Source of the DNA: Polyangiaceae bacterium
GTDB lineage: Bacteria > Myxococcota_A > Polyangia > Polyangiales > Polyangiaceae
DNA: 64,000 nucleotides
Direction of reading: 5' to 3'
NCBI GenBank assembly: GCA_035063585.1
Contig: JAPSGB010000015.1
Location: forward strand, 33,360-97,359
Below are positions 20,860 through 30,711 of the stretch, in pieces (positions within the stretch are counted from its first letter, which is position 1; each line of letters opens with the position of its first letter). A program made the translations under genes and the position numbers. Under the pieces are notes generated by a model, which did no database searches, was not told where the DNA came from, and saw only the letters and a program-made list of their open reading frames with translations.

Positions 20860-21372
20860 AGCGCCGTAGTCGATGAAGGTGACGTCCGGCGAGGTCGCGC
20901 CGTTCTCGTAGCTGACGACGAGCTCGCCCTCGACGCGGGTGCTGCTCGCGTCCCACTGCCCGCGGTTCTCGAACACGCTCATGGTGCGGAGCGCCTCCGG
21001 GTGTGCGTCGAGATCGCGCAGGGGCGCGGAGTAGTCGAAGGGCAGGTAGCTGTCGCCGTAGGTGACCCGGAAGGTCGGCTCCGGGAGCGGCAGCGCGCGC
21101 CGGAGCGCGCCGGCCGTGCCCAGCAGCTTGGGCCCGTCCTCCGAGTACTCGGCGATCAGGCCGAACGCAGCGCCGCCCGCCACCAGCTCGCGGAGCTGCT
21201 CACCCAGGCGCCCGATGCAGAGCAGCACCCGGGAGTAGCCCGAGCGCGCCAGCGCCTCGAGCTGCCAGGCGAAGAACGGACGCCCGGCGACCTCGAGCAT
21301 CGACTTGGGCAGCGTCAGCGTGCGCGGTCGCGTCCGCGTCGCCAGTCCGCCGGCCAAGGCCACCGCTTGCAC
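20860..21372 (-). pseudogene. sugar-phosphate nucleotidyltransferase, 3'-truncated
   Basis: 'MQAVALAGGLATR...LPKSM...GTAGALR...YGDSYL...IDYG' runs directly into the 148-bp repeat. Confidence 0.8.
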
Positions 21373-21418
21373 GCCGGACGCCTATCACGCCGCGGTCGTT
21401 CCAGGGTATTTTGGTCCA

Positions 21419-22705
21419 ATGACCCGGGTCCACGAAGCCGACGCGGTGCCGTGTCCCGGCTGCGGCGGCCCGCTCGCGGTGGACGCCGCGTCGCCGTACT
21501 CGCGGTGCCGGGCCTGTCACGCCTGGCAGCCGGTCCCCGACCAGGTGCGCCGCGCAACCTGGGAGCGCCGGCACGCGCTCGCGAGCGCCCGCGCGGCGCA
21601 CGCTGAAGAACAGCAGCTGGCGCGGCAGAAGAGCTCGGCAGCGGCGAGCGAGCAGCTCAAGGGCCGCGCGCTCACGGCGGTGTTGTTCGGCGGCGCGGCC
21701 TTCTTCGTGCTGCCGACGCTCGCTTCACTCGCGCTGTACCTCGTCGCCGCCGTCCTCACCGCGTTCGAGGAGCTCGAGCTCTGGGCCGCCATCCTACTCA
21801 CCGCGGTGTCCGGTGCCGCGGCGCTGAGCTTCTTCGCGGCCTTTCTGGGCGTGTGTGTGTTCCTGTACCGTCGCGCCACGCGGCACCGGCGCTGGAGACG
21901 CCTGGGGTCCGACCCGGAGTGGTACGGGCACGAGCGCGGTCAGGATCGGCTGCCGCTCACCTGCTGCGGCGAGTGCGGCGCGCCGCTCTCGTTCCGCGCG
22001 GGCGAGCAGGTGGTCGAGTGCGGGTACTGCCGCTCGGTGGTGATCGCGCCGGAGGAGCACGCGGACAGCGTGTTCTCCCTGGCGCTCTCCGAGCTACAGC
22101 TCGCCCGTCGCGCGCGCGCCCGGGCGGAGCGGGCGCTGCTCCGCGCGCGCGTCGCCACGCAGCGTCGCGCCGTGGTGATCCGCACCTGGTTCGTGGTCGG
22201 AAGCCTGGCGCTCCTGGCCGTGCCGGTGCTCGCCTTCGGCTACGCCCTTCGCGCGCTGACTCCCAGCCTGGAAGAGGCGATGCTCTCGCTCAGCAGACGA
22301 CTGCGCGGCGAGTTCGGCTCCGGCCTCGAGCCGCCCTTCGACTGGCTCGACCGCTACTGGATAGGCGAGACCCCGCCCACGTTCGAGACGCAGGGCACCT
22401 TCACCAGCCGCTGGTCCATCTCCGTCGCGTTCCACGGCCGACCCGTGCTCCTGAGCGTGCTGGCGTCGTGGACCGATCTGTGGGCGAAGGAGGCGGTGCT
22501 GGTGCTGGCGTCGCCGCGCGAGCGCGACGCGCGCCGCGTGATGCTCTCCGCCGCAGCGCGCAGCGTGCAGGCCATGGGCTGGCAGATCTACGTGGACTAT
22601 CCCGGCATCGCCCTGGTCGCGGACGATCATGCGAGGAGGACGCTGACGGTCGAGACCGTGACGGCGCTGGCCAAGGCGGCGTACGAGCTGGCGGAGGAGC
22701 GCTGA
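21419..22705 (+). CDS. membrane protein with two zinc-ribbon (2x CxxC) modules
   Basis: CPGC/CRAC, then 2 TM, CGEC/CGYC, TM and a soluble domain. Confidence 0.75.
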   Translation: MTRVHEADAVPCPGCGGPLAVDAASPYSRCRACHAWQPVPDQVRRATWERRHALASARAAHAEEQQLARQKSSAAASEQLKGRALTAVLFGGAAFFVLPTLASLALYLVAAVLTAFEELELWAAILLTAVSGAAALSFFAAFLGVCVFLYRRATRHRRWRRLGSDPEWYGHERGQDRLPLTCCGECGAPLSFRAGEQVVECGYCRSVVIAPEEHADSVFSLALSELQLARRARARAERALLRARVATQRRAVVIRTWFVVGSLALLAVPVLAFGYALRALTPSLEEAMLSLSRRLRGEFGSGLEPPFDWLDRYWIGETPPTFETQGTFTSRWSISVAFHGRPVLLSVLASWTDLWAKEAVLVLASPRERDARRVMLSAAARSVQAMGWQIYVDYPGIALVADDHARRTLTVETVTALAKAAYELAEER

Positions 22706-22772
22706 GCGAGGCTCTCTACCCTCCGTCCGGCGTGCCCGCGTCCGGCGGAGTCTTGCCGCAGAGCGCGATCTC

Positions 22773-22920
22773 GAGCCTAGGTGATCCAACCCCGTTCGCG
22801 ATCGCGACGAGCGCGACGGGGCGCGCCCGCCATGCGGGCCGGATACCGTGGCACGCGGGTAGAAGTCCCGAATCGTTCCACATGATCGCGACTGATGCGA
22901 TTTCACGCGCTGGGCCGCTG
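22773..22920. repeat. 148-bp dispersed repeat, copy 2
   Basis: Same orientation and boundaries as 20712-20859. Confidence 0.9.
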
Positions 22921-23121
22921 GTGCGTCTACGGTGCACGTAACGTGTGGAAGCAGCTGCTCCGCGAGCCATTCACACGGGGTCGCGTAAGTGCGCCCCGCA
23001 CTCTTGACTGCGGCCCCTGAGTGTTGGCGTAGGCAGTCATGGTCGCTCTCCTTCGGGGCCATATCAGCGGCGCCGCGGCCGACATCCTGACCCTCACGCC
23101 GCCACTCGTCGTGCACGCAGC

Positions 23122-23826
23122 CTACGAAGCGACCTGGCGCAGCACGATCGCGAGCAGCGCGATGGATCCGCCGATGACGAGCGCCAGACCGAAGGCGCCG
23201 AGGGCGAGCATCGTACGGCGCGCTCGCAGCTTGCGGACTGCCTCGTCGAGCGTGCTCATCGCCACGGCGAGGCTCGCCGTGAGCGCATGGGCAGGGAGGT
23301 CTTCCAGCAGGCTGTCGGCGCCGCAATAGCCGCAGGTCGCCGCGAGCGCGCCCGGCTCGGGAGCGAGCGGCGCGTCGCACTGGCGACACGTCACGACGTC
23401 TTGCCTTCTTCGGGCCGTGAGCGCCTCGGTAAACCGCATCGTGGTGCTCGAGACGGAGAAGGACCACAGCGCGAAAGCCGCGCCGGGGAGCAGCGCGGGC
23501 AGGCTGACGAACGCGGTCACCTCGACCTCTCCGAGCTCGAGCGCCGGCATGAGCCAGGCGACGAGGGTCGCGGCCGGCGGCAAGAGCGCGGTCACCGCAA
23601 GCGCCGTCGGAATGGCCCAGCTCGGAGCGCTGGCCGAGAGCGTGCGCCAGAGCGGCTCCGCCGGACGGCGCGCCTCCTGCTCGCGCAAGCGCAGCTCGGC
23701 CGCTCGTACGTAGTCCGGCGGGAGGCTGCACATGGTGCCGCAATAAGGACAACGGACCTGCGGCGCGGGAACCGACAGCGGGAGCGTCGCGCCGCAGTTC
23801 GTGCAGAAGACCGGAGCGAGCTTCAC
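23122..23826 (-). CDS. membrane protein with two zinc-ribbon modules
   Basis: GTG start overlapping the upstream stop. CTNC/CPYC, 2 TM, CRQC/CGYC, TM. Confidence 0.75.
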   Translation of the reverse strand: MKLAPVFCTNCGATLPLSVPAPQVRCPYCGTMCSLPPDYVRAAELRLREQEARRPAEPLWRTLSASAPSWAIPTALAVTALLPPAATLVAWLMPALELGEVEVTAFVSLPALLPGAAFALWSFSVSSTTMRFTEALTARRRQDVVTCRQCDAPLAPEPGALAATCGYCGADSLLEDLPAHALTASLAVAMSTLDEAVRKLRARRTMLALGAFGLALVIGGSIALLAIVLRQVAS

Positions 23827-24851
23827 CGTGCGCCCCCTTCGACAAGGCGGTAGCGCACCTTGAAAGTGCAGTGCCCGTGCCCCACCGGGTACGTGTAATC
23901 GAGCTGTACCGGCTCGTCGGCTGCGAGCCTCAGTACACGCGTCCGTGTCTCGTTCCCCTTGTCGTACAGCGCAATTCCGAGGCGCTGTTGTTCCGATTCG
24001 CCGAGGAGCGGCGCCGGCCCGCCGCTCGGCGTGAGAAAACGAAGAGCGAAGCCGCAATCTGCCTTCGTATCGATCGCGTAGAGGCCCGCTCGAGGCGGTA
24101 CGAGCTTCAACGTCGCCCCCTCCTGACAGTCGGTGAACGCCGCGTCGGTGACGCAGCGCCAATGCCACAGGTTCGCGCGCATCAGCTCTCTCTGGGGGCG
24201 CAGGCCGCCGAGTCCCATGCTGATGCCGAAGCTGAGCCCGAGCCCGAGGACGGCGGCGACCACGAAGCGCACGCTGCCCGCGGCCTCCGACGAGTCCGCC
24301 GCGCTCTCCGCGCGCGCCGCGAAATAGAACCGCGGCACCGCGGCGCCGAGCCCGACGAGCGCCGCGCCGGCGGCCAGAAAGAGACCCTGGACCGTCCAGT
24401 TCGCCTGCCCGACGTCGACGCCGTGGCGGTAGAGCACCACGCCGAGTGGCGCGAGCGTCGCGAAGACGAGCAGGTCGGCGACGGCGCGTGCGCCGTTGTG
24501 CTGCTCCGCCGCGAACTCCGCCGGGCGCCCGCCCGAGAGCATGCCGAGCCAGCCGGACATCGGCGGACGGAACGCGCGGGCCACGACGAAGGAGATGCCC
24601 GCGAGCGCGACTACGGACAGGACGACGACGAGCCCGAAGCCGAGAATGGCCTGCCACCAAGTCTCCGAGCTCTCGAGCGTGGCCGCAAAGAAGGCGGCGA
24701 TCACGAGGAAGCCGAGGGCGAGCCCCGGCAGGGCCGTGAGGCCGAGGGTCAGCTCGGCAAAGAAGGTCGCGACCACGCCGCGGCTCGCCGTGGCGATCCC
24801 CTCGCGCCCCTTCGTACGTTGCGCATCGCGACGTCGCTCGCGCTCGCTCAT
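23823..24851 (-). CDS. multi-pass membrane protein with Cys-containing C-terminal domain
   Basis: About 5 hydrophobic segments, coupled to the downstream gene. Confidence 0.65.
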   Translation of the reverse strand: MSERERRRDAQRTKGREGIATASRGVVATFFAELTLGLTALPGLALGFLVIAAFFAATLESSETWWQAILGFGLVVVLSVVALAGISFVVARAFRPPMSGWLGMLSGGRPAEFAAEQHNGARAVADLLVFATLAPLGVVLYRHGVDVGQANWTVQGLFLAAGAALVGLGAAVPRFYFAARAESAADSSEAAGSVRFVVAAVLGLGLSFGISMGLGGLRPQRELMRANLWHWRCVTDAAFTDCQEGATLKLVPPRAGLYAIDTKADCGFALRFLTPSGGPAPLLGESEQQRLGIALYDKGNETRTRVLRLAADEPVQLDYTYPVGHGHCTFKVRYRLVEGGAR

Positions 24852-24916
24852 CGGATCGTGTCGAGTACGACGCGCCAGACTCTCACACGCGCGGTCCGCC
24901 GACGCAAGCGCCGGGG

Positions 24917-25100
24917 TCACGCCTTCGCCGTGGCCTCGTCGTCGACGACCTTGTCGATGAGCGCGCGGATGAAGCGCCCCTGGTTCTCGGGCGACATGTT
25001 CACCCCGACCTCGGCGAAGTCACGGAGCGCTGCGACGAACCACGTGTGGTCCTTCTTGGCGATCTCCAGCTCGGCGGCGTCGCGCTCGAAGTGTGCACGT
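24917..25100 (-). pseudogene. large serine recombinase C-terminal fragment
   Basis: 'LRDFAEVGVNMSPENQGRFIRALIDKVVDDEAT' resembles the conserved C-terminal motif of large serine recombinases. Confidence 0.5.
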
Positions 25101-26460
25101 AGGTAGGATGAACGCCTCCTGGTTGCGCGGCGTCCGGCTACACGGCGGCTCGTTGCGCAGGCGCTCGGCCCTTGCGGGCCGGCGCGCGGTGCGCTGAACG
25201 CGATCGCCGCGGCGGCCGACGCCTGGTTCAGGTCCACGGGTCCGCGGGCGCAGGTGAGCCCGGGTCGGCAGCGCGCTCGATGCGCGTCGAACAGCTCCGC
25301 CCGCACGGTCTCGCCAAGCCGTCTGCGTATGACCGGGCTCTTGGAGAAGCGGGGCCCGCGCGACGGCGCGAGCGCCGACGGCTCGGTGGGCTCGCCGAGC
25401 CACTTCAGGTGGCGCTCGATGCCGGCGCTGGTGAGGACGAGGGCGCGGAGCCTCATACGCGCGCCGCAGCGCTCGACGTCGATGCGGAACGTCCGCCGGA
25501 GCAACTCGCGCCACGTCCGGTAGACGCAGCGGTGGGTCGGCGTCTTGTCATGGCCGGTGCCGGCGCCGTCGTCGTCGTGCTCGTCCGGCTTGCGAGGTGG
25601 CAGCGGCGGCACGACGCGGGACCGCGATTCGCTGTTCACGGCGAGGACGCCGGCGTACCGGTCGCCGTTGAAGCGTCGCGGCGGCACGACCATGGCCAGG
25701 TGGACCAGGAGCGAGAGCGAGGCCATGTCGATGGCGAAGTGCCGCTGAAGGGTCTCCTCTGCGTCCGGCGCACGAGCTCGCCCGCGACGAGCTGCCCGCC
25801 GTCCTGCGTGATGGGAGGGCGCACGACGTCCTTGCAGAGGATCTCCTTTCCCGCGCGGTCGTCGGCTGCGGCGGTGGGGGCTGCATGCAACGACCAGCCA
25901 TGCTCTGCAGCGCACGGACCGCGCACCTCGGGCTCGCGCCCGGCGCGTAGCTCGATGGGGTCTTGCCGGCGCGGCGCGGGACCGGCGGGAGGCGTGCCCG
26001 TGACGCCTGAGCCGACGAGCCCGGCGAGCGCGGGCTCGCGGCCGGCGAGCGCGAGATCGGCGGTGACCTCGTCGTCTTCGCTCACGCGCTTGCGGCGGAG
26101 CAGGCGCAGGGTGCGCGTGCGGGCGAGCTGCAGAATATCGGCGACGTCGGTGTTGGAGAGCGCGGGCAGACAGCGGAAGGCGCGCTCGCCGTCGTGGGCT
26201 TCCACGAACACACCATCCAACGCGAGCGTGCGGAAGTGGGGATTCGTCCGGAGGTCCGAGCTGGTCCGCTGCACGGCGGTGACGGTGCCGCTCTTGCCGC
26301 CAGGGATGTCGAGCGCAGCCACGTGGCGGCGGTACCAGCCCATCACCGAGTCCACGAACGCGCGGCACACCTCGCCGAGCAGTTCCCCGTCGAAGGTGAG
26401 GCGCGCGCCAAGCTCGAACGGGAGCGTGAGCACGAGCTGGCGGAGCGCCGCGCCTGCTCG
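25100..26460 (-). mobile_element. IS91-family (HUH/Y2) transposase pseudogene, copy A, with oriIS-like end
   Basis: 'LRQLVLTLPFEL...GTVTAVQRTSSDLRTNPHFR...DGVF...SLHA...LCKDVVRPP...RYAGVLA...WRELLRRTFRIDV'. The HUH His and the catalytic Tyr are mutated and there are frameshifts. The end reads gcgttcatcctacct on the minus strand. Confidence 0.88.
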
Positions 26461-27022
26461 GGCGGGCAGTCGTTCGACCCTCCAAGTCCGACCTGAGCGC
26501 GGCGGGGACGGCGCACACCAATACGCCTTCGCTCGGAACGCGGCCGATCTCGTGCCGCCCGGCGCGCACCGGGGCGACGTCGGTGACGCGGGCCTGCGGA
26601 CGGGCGCGACGCTCGCTCGACGACTGGCCTCGCAGCGGCGCCGCGACGCCGCAGTCAGCCGCACGTGCGTCCTCACGGACTTGGCGGCCATCGTCGCGTA
26701 CGACGACCCCCTCGCCATGCAGCAACCCTCACCGATCACCGCATCGAACCGCGCCGTCACTCTTGCCATGCGCGACGCAGCTGCGACGGGCTGGCAGCCC
26801 ATGGCCCCTCGAGCGCCCGCTGGAGGGCTGCCACCCCGCTCCACGCGACGCCCGCCGAGCTCCTCGGCAGGGCAGTCAAGGGCGCGCGCCGCGAGCTCCG
26901 CATCGCGCGGGTCGCTCTCCGCGAACACCGGGGAACGCCGCTGCCTCGAACGTCACCTCGCCGCGCCATGACGCACGCGCGCGTGCCCCGTGAGCGATCG
27001 GGTTACGTGCTAGAGTGACGCA

Positions 27023-27259
27023 ATGACCGCGGAAGAACAGGCGAGAAGAGCGCGGTCGCTGGCGCGGCGCGCTCGCATGGTCGTCCGCAAGGGGCGGCTG
27101 GGCGAAGCCGAGCTCGACTTCACACCCGTGACCGGTGCTCAGGCGATTTCACTCCTCACACGGCTCTGCATCGAGAGCTTCAGCCTGGCAGGGCAGGAGC
27201 CGAAGGCTTATGCCCGTGAGAGCATACCCGTTCGTTTCGTTCGTCGAAGTCGCTCATGA
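27023..27259 (+). CDS. small hypothetical protein, putative antitoxin partner
   Basis: 78 aa ORF overlapping the nucleotidyltransferase start (ATGA). Confidence 0.65.
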   Translation: MTAEEQARRARSLARRARMVVRKGRLGEAELDFTPVTGAQAISLLTRLCIESFSLAGQEPKAYARESIPVRFVRRSRS

Positions 27260-27726
27260 TCGAGCTGTTCGATGATTTTCGTGATCTGCTGATCGAGCTT
27301 CACGACGCCGGTGCAAGATTCGTCGTGGTGGGCGGTTACGCGGTTGCCTACCATGGTCATCCACGGGCGACGAAAGACCTCGACATTCTGGTGCAGGCCG
27401 ATCCGGACAACGCGCGTCGGGTGTATGCGGCGCTGGTCGCATTTGGCGCGCCGCTCGCATCGTTTGCCGTAGGAGTCGAGGACTTCTCGAGCTACGACGG
27501 CATCCTGCAGTTGGGCGTGCCACCACGACGAATCGACATCATCAATCGCGCAGACGCGATCACCTTCGCCGAGGCCATCGCGGACGGTGAAACCTTTGCG
27601 CTGCAAGGGCGCGCGATCCCGGTCATCGGCCGCTCGGCGCTCATCAAGAACAAGCGCGCGACCGGTCGAGACCAGGACTTGGCCGACGTAAACGCGCTCG
27701 AACGCAAGCAGCGCGTTCGCGGCTGA
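27256..27726 (+). CDS. nucleotidyltransferase-fold protein (DUF6036/AbiEii-like)
   Basis: 'FVVVGGYAVAYHGHPRATKDLDILV...RIDII...LIKNKRATGRDQDLADV'. Confidence 0.85.
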   Translation: MIELFDDFRDLLIELHDAGARFVVVGGYAVAYHGHPRATKDLDILVQADPDNARRVYAALVAFGAPLASFAVGVEDFSSYDGILQLGVPPRRIDIINRADAITFAEAIADGETFALQGRAIPVIGRSALIKNKRATGRDQDLADVNALERKQRVRG

Positions 27727-28085
27727 GCGCCGGCAGCCGTCCGCGCCGGGCTGCGAACGCGCGCTGCCCGAGTTTCGTTGGCTCACGGGCGCGCGGCGCA
27801 CCCCGGCCGGTGCGGCCATCCCGCGGCCAATCACCGCCGCAGCGCGAGAGCCTGCTCAAAGAATCGACCCTTTGCGGTTCCATCGGCGGGCCAGCGCCGC
27901 TCCTCCATCGTCGCGACGATGACGTGGACGGCGGCTCGTCGAGGTGAGGAGAGGCGACGGCCTCCAACGTGCCGGAATATTCATGTGGTGCGCGGCGGCG
28001 CAAGTTCGGAGATGATGTGCTGATCCGTGCCGCGGGCGCCGAAGGCCGTCGCGCGAGCTCGGCGCTCATGAAGGAGATGACGACA

Positions 28086-28643
28086 ATGCGAATCGGAATG
28101 CTCGTGGCTACGGGGTGCGTGTTCGCGGCGCTGGCGGTCGCATGTGGCAGCAGCGACACCGGCCCGGCCGGGTCGGCCGGCGCGAGCGGGTCGGCCGGCT
28201 CGGGCGGCTCGAACACGGGTGACTCCTGCGCCGTGCCGCAGTGCTTCCTCGATCTGATGGCCGCGTGCCGACCGGAGGGCACGTGCACGACGGAGTCGTT
28301 GGGCGACACGACGAGCATGGTGTCGAACGCTTGCTACGAGAACGGCGTCAAGTGGTCGACGACCGTGACGATGGGCGGGGCCGGCATCACGAGCGAAATG
28401 AAGGGCTACAAGGCCGACGGTAGCCTCTGCTTCACGGCGGGCGGCACCACCGACACGAGCGGCAACAACACGACGGAGTACAAGGACCTGGGCGGCACCA
28501 CGGTCGTCACGGTCACGGTGACGGGCGGCAAGATGACGTACGTGTGCGGCGGGCAGACGGTCACGATCGATCCGTCGGCCTGTCCGAAGGGGGACGGCGG
28601 GACCACGAGCGACTGCACGCAGGGCACCTGCGCGATCCCCTGA
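28086..28643 (+). CDS. Cys/Thr-rich lipoprotein
   Basis: AAGGAG RBS, lipobox AVAC, Gly/Ser linker. Confidence 0.8.
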   Translation: MRIGMLVATGCVFAALAVACGSSDTGPAGSAGASGSAGSGGSNTGDSCAVPQCFLDLMAACRPEGTCTTESLGDTTSMVSNACYENGVKWSTTVTMGGAGITSEMKGYKADGSLCFTAGGTTDTSGNNTTEYKDLGGTTVVTVTVTGGKMTYVCGGQTVTIDPSACPKGDGGTTSDCTQGTCAIP

Positions 28644-28644
28644 G

Positions 28645-28846
28645 CGAGGACACGAATGAAACGCGCCGGGCGGTTCGCGGAGTCACGCGGCCGCCCGCGC
28701 TCCGACGCGAGCTCCGTAGCGCAGGCCGGCCCGGTCGGCTCGGCGTTCGATGCGCGTCGAAGCGCTCCGCCTCCACGGTCTCGCCGAACCGTCTGCGTAT
28801 GACGGGGCTCTTGAAGAAGGGCGGGCCGAATGACGGCGCGAGGGCG
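28645..28846 (-). mobile_element. IS91-like element 3'/ori-end remnant, copy B
   Basis: Nucleotide match to the ends of copies A and C (tcgatgcgcgtcga...ctgcgtatgacggggctcttgaagaag). Confidence 0.8.
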
Positions 28847-29189
28847 GGCGGCTACCTCGCCGACCGCGCCGGCGCGCGCTCGCTGGGAGGCCGAGGCCTA
28901 CCGCTCGAACCTCGAGCTGCAGTTCTGCCACACCGGCACCACGCCCTCGGCGCAGCGGACTGCCTCGTTGCTCAAGGACTACGGCTGCCGCGACGGAGAC
29001 ATCGAGGTCACGGCCAAGTCGCTCGCGCTCTCCCCGGTCAGCGTGAGGAAGGGCGCGGTCATCAACGACGCGACGCACATGGCGCTCGACTGGCTCGACG
29101 AGCACGTGCCGCGCCTGCGCTTCAAGCCGAGCTGAGCAATGGCGGTCTCGCGCACGGGAGACTGGGCACGGGCACGGCGACCTCCGCAA

Positions 29190-29523
29190 CTCCATCACGG
29201 TGATCGTCCAGGGCGACGAGGCCTTCATCGGCGTCTCGCGCCAGGCACGGTCGAAGGACGGCGCCTCGAGGATGGACCTCGCGAAGCTCCACGAGTTCGG
29301 CGAACCGCCCGTCATCATCCCGATGACGCCGAAGATGCGCCGCTTCCTCTTCGCGCTGCTCCGGCAGGCCGGCAAGGAGCCCACGGGTGGTAGCGGGCGC
29401 GGCGTCATCGTCGTGCAGGTCTCGGCGCGCCCCTTCCTCCGGCTCGCGTTCGAAAAGTTCCGGGAGGGCGCCAGCAGGCGGTTCCTCGAGCCTGTCGCCA
29501 GAGACCTCGGCCTCGCGCCTTGA
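29190..29523 (+). pseudogene. phage virion morphogenesis-like protein, C-terminal fragment
   Basis: 'LAKLHEFG...VSARPFLR' matches the 'A.iHefG...ipARPFl' motifs of phage morphogenesis/tail-completion proteins. N-terminus missing. Confidence 0.6.
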
Positions 29524-29669
29524 TGCGCAAGCTCAGCGCTCCGACCAAGCGGCAAGCTCCTTGCCGCGCGGGCCACGGATGCGGTCGGAAGTCTCAGCCT
29601 GGAGCTCGACCGCGACGGCGGGCCCGGTCGCTGCGGTCCTGGACGAGGCGGTCGCTGACCGTAGAGCCT

Positions 29670-30524
29670 TCAGCGCGCTCGGACGGCCGCCGCGGTCGCC
29701 CTGAGCAACTCCGGCCCGCCAGGCTCCCCATGCCCCGGAATCACGAGGCGCGGGGCGAGCGCGAGCGCAGCCTCGGCCGACGCTGCCCAATGCTCGAGGT
29801 CCGCGTCCGCCGTGTTCCCGAGCCCAGGGTGCGAGCGGACCATGCAGCCGCCGAAGAGAACGCCTCGGTCGGCGAAGTGCACGACCACGTTGTCGGCCGA
29901 ATGCCCGCCGCCGACGAAGAGGATGCGCACCCTCTCGCCTCCAAGATCGAAGGTCAGCCCTTCGACCTCGTGGAAGACGTGTCGCGCGGCGACGACACGC
30001 GTAGCCCGGACGCGCGCGGCGAGCGCAGGATTGTCCGACTCGACGTAGCGCGCCATCCCTTCGAGCCCCGCCGTGCCTCGCGCCGCTTGGAGGGCAATCG
30101 TGTGATCGCTCGCGTACGTCTCCACGCCCTCGGCCGCGTAGCCCTCGTTGCCACCTGTTCCGTCCCCGTGGAAATGCGGGTTGATCGCGAGGATCCGCGT
30201 CGGATGGAGCGCCGCGCGAACGTATCGGACGAGGGCGCGCGTCGTCTCGGTGTCGTACGGCGATGAGCAGATCACGACGCTTCCATCGCGAGCTTTCACG
30301 AAGAGCACGTTCGCAGCGCTCTGGTTCGGGCTGTCTACGACGGCGACGAAGACGTCCGGCGCGAGCTCGCGAACGGAGACCCCGAGCCGCCGGAGTTCGA
30401 CGGTTGTCTCCGCCACCGACGGGCCGGCAGCGGCCGTCGGCGCCGAGGGCTCGCGCACATGCGCGCACGCCCCAAGGAGGAGCACGGAGGCGAACGTGGC
30501 GAGCAGGAACGACGAACGGGCCAT
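29670..30524 (-). CDS. subclass B1 metallo-beta-lactamase, SPM-1-like, lipoprotein
   Basis: All six B1 ligands: H-F-H-G-D, GH(SADN), FGGC(MVR), IPGH(G). 'SSPY' replaces the usual DT/DS. Lipobox LGAC. Confidence 0.9.
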   Translation of the reverse strand: MARSSFLLATFASVLLLGACAHVREPSAPTAAAGPSVAETTVELRRLGVSVRELAPDVFVAVVDSPNQSAANVLFVKARDGSVVICSSPYDTETTRALVRYVRAALHPTRILAINPHFHGDGTGGNEGYAAEGVETYASDHTIALQAARGTAGLEGMARYVESDNPALAARVRATRVVAARHVFHEVEGLTFDLGGERVRILFVGGGHSADNVVVHFADRGVLFGGCMVRSHPGLGNTADADLEHWAASAEAALALAPRLVIPGHGEPGGPELLRATAAAVRAR

Positions 30525-30711
30525 CTCGACACTCTAATCGCTCCCCGCGTAGCACAACACCACCGACCGACCTGACCTGAGCGCGCGATCGTCCAGGGGC
30601 TCAGAGCGCGAGCCGGCGGTTCCTCGAGCGCGTCGCCACGGAGCTGGGCCTTGCTCCCTGATGTGAAGGAGCGCGTCCCCTGAGCGCCGGGTGCCGTGGC
30701 TTTGCCTCCGC

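Noticed and set aside
27730..27900. Additional degenerate IS91-like piece
   Set aside because: Only a few residues ('ERALPEF') of resemblance, too weak to call.
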